DNA of 61,437 nt, the filler included, from Globobulimina sp. (Eukaryota): assembly GCA_003354225.1 (NCBI GenBank). It is 15 parts of 15 records of this genome, joined end to end, with 100 filler letters (N's around TTAATTAATTAA, not from the genome) between each part and the next. Parts side by side here need not be neighbours in the genome. Positions count along the whole stretch, not along the records: positions 57,440 to 61,437 come from PIVH01001766.1; 14 more parts are not named here. The stretch is one strand, 5' to 3'. A program made the translations under genes and the position numbers. The notes under the pieces were generated by a model. That model was given only the letters and a program-made list of their open reading frames with translations. It was not told the DNA's origin and did no database searches. Positions 57,440-61,437 of the stretch are shown here, piece by piece. Within the stretch, counting starts at the first letter, position 1; the number at the start of each line of letters is the position of its first letter.

Positions 57440-60400
57440 ATTCATGGCGCAGCTAAAGATAAGCCAGTCCGCGCATTGTTACTTCGCATCGAACCTGAAT
57501 GTATTATTGGCGTTGGGCAAGGTGAGGAATTGCGAGCAACGCTGTTACAATTTAAAGAGAAGTATAACAAAGCAATTATTGTCTATGCAGATAATATATC
57601 TTCGTGGGGCGTCAATGGCTTTCGTCATTATTATATCGCCAGTGTAGCATCGAAGATATATATGTCTGATGATGGCTTATTAAATCTAGGGCCACAAACC
57701 ATTGACTTTCCATTTCTTAAAACTGGATTGAAAGAGAAGTTGGATATTACGGTGGAAGTCCGACGGAGAGCTCAATATAAATCCGCGTGTATGTCATTAT
57801 ATGCTCTCCACTCAATCAATATTTTTGTTGTTGTTTGTTTTTTGTTTCCATTCACATGTATTTAGTTAACATGTTTTCCAATGATGAATTTGATGAATTC
57901 CATAAAGAACAATATATGCAATTAATTGAACACTTAGAAAAGAATTTCATTGACACAGTGAGTAAATCGAGATTATTGAAACCGTACTCCATCCCCAAAG
58001 ACCCCAAAATCATCCAATCCATCAAATGGATGGCACAGCAAATTGTGAATGAGAATGAAAATAATTTAGAGTTTAAATTAGATGACATATCACGCATTGA
58101 GCAACAAAGTAACATATTAAGCAATATCAAAGAAGAGAAATCCGACGAATTGGATGAAAATTATAGCGGTTCTGGTAATAAGTTAGAAGATGAATGGAAT
58201 GCTAAACTAATGTATTTGGTACATTGTTGGTCATGGAACGATGGCAACTATAAACATCCCAAATTATTCGTGGTATTACAATTTTATCATAAAATCAAAA
58301 AAGAAAACGTATTTTATAAAGCAACACTCGCTTATCCTTCAAAACGATTAGGTTTGTCACAAAAAATAAATATTCCCAAACCGTAAAACATTTTTATTCA
58401 CTCCGCATGACCAAAATTGTGCGAATCCATAATGAGCGAAGGCGGAATAATCAATTCCTTGTTGGCATCGCTGGCCAAATACTGTTGCAATAATTGTGTC
58501 AATTCGTTATTCTCCTTTTGTAGCTTTTTAATTTTGAGTGCTTCACATTTCCTGTGTTCCAATATTTTATTATATTTTAATAGATATTGTTCCAACAACG
58601 ACCAAGTCTTTATATTTTGAGCTGGAAACACATGCTGTAAACTTTTCCAATATTGTCGATCTTTTCGTTTTCGTCGTTCTTGTTTTTCTTTGGATACTGA
58701 AGTTAAGGCGTGTTGGACTGAGAAATTTGTGTTTTTCACGGTATGATCTCGATTGGATACGTATTTTTTGACCATTGCTATGGTTTGATGCGGTTCAATT
58801 GATAGCTCATCGCCATCCTCGTCGATAAATAAAGAGATTAATTCTTCCAAATCCTCGATATCTTCAATGCCCAAAGATTTTAAGATGGAGTCGCATTGCA
58901 ATAATAACTGTTGATCACAGGGGATATAATTTAACTTTTCTTTGATGTTGCAATTAATTAAAAATGGCGCCTGGTTTATTAACAATTTCATCACTGTCAT
59001 TATTTGCTCAGTGCTGTATTTATTGCAGTTTGTGAGGTTGGATTTATTTTTCTTTGCGCGGTTCGAATCCATTGGTGTGGATATTGACACTTTTGAGTTT
59101 GTGTTGGAATCTGTATTATTTTCATCCATTATCAGCATGTTTTCATCATCATTTTGTTGCAATTGCTCCGGTTGCAACTGTATACCGTTGAAATCATTGC
59201 CGTTTTTTGTATGGAATTGATGATTTAACGTCGGATATAATTGACTGTATAAATCATTTGGTATTTGCCATTGATTTACATCCCATTCAATACCTAATAA
59301 CTGACTCGATATAATCTGGTCACTTTTCATGATTTGTCGCAAAATATCCACTGCTTCTTCCCCATTCATAGCACATATTTCATCATATTTTGCGATATCT
59401 GTTTGTTGGAAGTGTTTAAATTTGCGCTGTAATTCTTTATACTGTCTACTAATTCGCGTATACTCATCATTCAATACCTTATGATCCTCTTTAAATTTCT
59501 TATCAAATTTGCTAAATTTCTCCTTAATATTAGTCACGGACTCTTTTAGTTTCTTCTCTCTCCGTTTCAAATGATCCACAGTCGTAATATTCTCCTTTTC
59601 GCGCTCTTTCAATACTTGGAAATTATAGTTTAATTTCTCTGTATTCAACTGGTACATTGCGCGCATTTCAGCCAATTGCTGCTCTAAAAGTTGTATATGA
59701 TTTTCTAAATTTATTTTTAATTTGCTATACGATTCTTGATCATCTCTGCGCACACACTCTAAATCCGTATGGTACTTATCATTGCACATTATTTTGCGTT
59801 CCAAAATCATAAATTCCTGCCGCTCTCTCTTCGTATACAACTCATCCAAAACCTGTTGATTTTCATCAATAATCTGCCTCCGCTCCGTCATAAATGCCAT
59901 CTCCACCGCAATTATTTGCGTCTCATATTCGTTTTTAATATTTTTAACCGTATCATGCATGCGCCAAATCATTGTCGTTATATCACTTTCTTCGGATTTT
60001 AATAAATTGATATATTGTTCGGATTTTTTATTAAAGTCAGTCATAAATTGTTTTCGCACAGATTCATAGCCATTGATTGATTGCTTGCAGTCTAATTTTG
60101 TTGCTTCAATCGCTGCATATAAGGCTTGTGGGTTTTTGATTTGTTGAATATTATCCCATTGGGTATCAATGTCATCGTTTATTTCTTTGCCAGTTTCTAC
60201 ACATTGCTCGATTCGATACATTCGTGAATCATATTCTTGCGCACATTTTTGGCGTCGATTAGATGCTTTTATCTGTGATAATAGTTTGATGTCAGCCACA
60301 TTGTCATTGATGTCTTGCGCTGTATCATCGACCATATCGCGTGATTTTTTTATTTGTAATTTAGTTTTTGATTGGCATAGCAATGCATCATTCACTCCGT

Positions 60401-61230
60401 TTATATTTTGATTGATATTTTCTTTGTTTATATCGCCATTTTTCAGTGCTAATTTGCGTTGGTATCGTACTTCGACTCTCTTCAATCGCTGTTCGATACG
60501 TTGCTCTCTGGTTAACTTTGGTTTTTCTCCCAGATCCATCTCACTAATGTTGCTGTTGTAGAAATGTTATTTTTTATAATGTTACTCAGTATTAACAATA
60601 TAAACGTCATTTTTTGGTTTTTTTAGGTAAATTACAACGTGGAGCGAATGCGGTGATATCCGATGAAGTAAAAACAGATGAAACCGGCAATGAGCTCAGT
60701 AAAGAATTAACATATTCGATATTGCATGGCTTTGAACCAAGAGACTGTTATATTGAATTAGTAAAACCCGGCGATATTGACATACCAAAAGAAGATCGAA
60801 AGTTCGATGAAGATAATGGGAGAGGAGAGGTAAGGGACAGTTTAGCAAAGCAACATATTGTAATTCGACGGAATGTAAATGATATTGTGCATTATGCTTC
60901 GTATACATCGCAAGAAGCAGAACATATCGGTTTAATTGATGGTCGATGCACATATTCCGATATTTATAAGAAAATAATACCTCAAATGTTGGGTTTGGCT
61001 GAGAAGAAAATATCATATTTATATGTACATCGATATTATCAACGTGTGTATAAATCGAAATTATCGAATGGCATTCCTGGCATTAAAAATAATGCGGAAG
61101 AACCGTCGGCTTTTGGTAACATCGCTGGTTTATGGAGTTCGCCAATCAAAATTGCATATATCGGTGCGACAAATGGTGCCATTATTGATGGGGAGTCAAC
61201 AAAGGATAAAATTGGTTCCACCACAATTTG
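57440..61230 (+). CDS. sppA: Signal peptide peptidase SppA (S49, 67-kDa type), multi-exon, partial
   Basis: EELR..L.QFK, YYIASVASKIYM, YKSA, FIDTVSKSR; after the large intron EAEHIGLIDG and KIAYI...GAIIDGE. Confidence 0.85.
58398..60539 (-). CDS. DRC1: Dynein regulatory complex subunit 1, intronless, nested in the sppA gene
   Basis: LKINLENHIQLLEQQL..MRAMYQLNTEKLNYNFQVLK and LLQQYL...N.EL.IPP signatures; coiled-coil. Confidence 0.88.
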   Translation of the reverse strand: MDLGEKPKLTREQRIEQRLKRVEVRYQRKLALKNGDINKENINQNINGVNDALLCQSKTKLQIKKSRDMVDDTAQDINDNVADIKLLSQIKASNRRQKCAQEYDSRMYRIEQCVETGKEINDDIDTQWDNIQQIKNPQALYAAIEATKLDCKQSINGYESVRKQFMTDFNKKSEQYINLLKSEESDITTMIWRMHDTVKNIKNEYETQIIAVEMAFMTERRQIIDENQQVLDELYTKRERQEFMILERKIMCNDKYHTDLECVRRDDQESYSKLKINLENHIQLLEQQLAEMRAMYQLNTEKLNYNFQVLKEREKENITTVDHLKRREKKLKESVTNIKEKFSKFDKKFKEDHKVLNDEYTRISRQYKELQRKFKHFQQTDIAKYDEICAMNGEEAVDILRQIMKSDQIISSQLLGIEWDVNQWQIPNDLYSQLYPTLNHQFHTKNGNDFNGIQLQPEQLQQNDDENMLIMDENNTDSNTNSKVSISTPMDSNRAKKNKSNLTNCNKYSTEQIMTVMKLLINQAPFLINCNIKEKLNYIPCDQQLLLQCDSILKSLGIEDIEDLEELISLFIDEDGDELSIEPHQTIAMVKKYVSNRDHTVKNTNFSVQHALTSVSKEKQERRKRKDRQYWKSLQHVFPAQNIKTWSLLEQYLLKYNKILEHRKCEALKIKKLQKENNELTQLLQQYLASDANKELIIPPSLIMDSHNFGHAE

Positions 61231-61437
61231 GTATGTTTAATATGTAACACTTGTCATAGGGTCAACACTTTGAGTGTATAATTAGTGCAATCTAAGTATT
61301 ACATATCTTGGTTGTGTCGTACTTGCTTTTTATTTTCTGATTAATTGTAGAGTTTTATTGGATATGCTTTAACATTAATTGTAGAGTCCCATAACATAAA
61401 GCAATCCTTTATTTATGCCATTCACACTGCGAATTGA

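Noticed and set aside
1-61437. Functional clustering across contigs (for example Amt with the archaeal virus, or globin with AOR)
   Set aside because: Contigs are ordered by length, so adjacency across spacers means nothing

Overview
This window is not one locus. It is 15 unrelated contigs of about 4.0 kb (4006 down to 3998 bp, sorted by length), joined by 100-bp N/TTAATTAATTAA/N spacers. Fourteen contigs are mostly AT-rich, intron-containing eukaryotic DNA from a protist with a flagellated stage (DRC1); gene content and style suggest a foraminiferan/rhizarian, which is my inference. They encode kinases, transporters, GH47, MYST, Furry, Amt, a DBH-like monooxygenase, SppA and ankyrin proteins, plus tRNA-derived repeats and MITEs. 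Three contigs carry GC-rich bacterial ends fused abruptly to eukaryotic DNA and one has a fold-back inversion, which is typical of whole-genome-amplification chimeras. Contig 4 (12319-16324) is intron-free, archaeal-type (Nitrososphaerota-like) viral DNA. Its terminase large subunit is split into three overlapping genes: an ATPase, an intact RNase H-fold nuclease, and a duplicated nuclease that has lost catalytic residues. An HNH gene and a candidate small structured RNA lie next to it. Other highlights are a predicted N-acylated globin-RGS fusion, a RelA/SpoT-like synthetase-ankyrin protein, and DRC1 nested antisense inside the SppA gene. All family calls come from reading motifs by eye, not from database searches.
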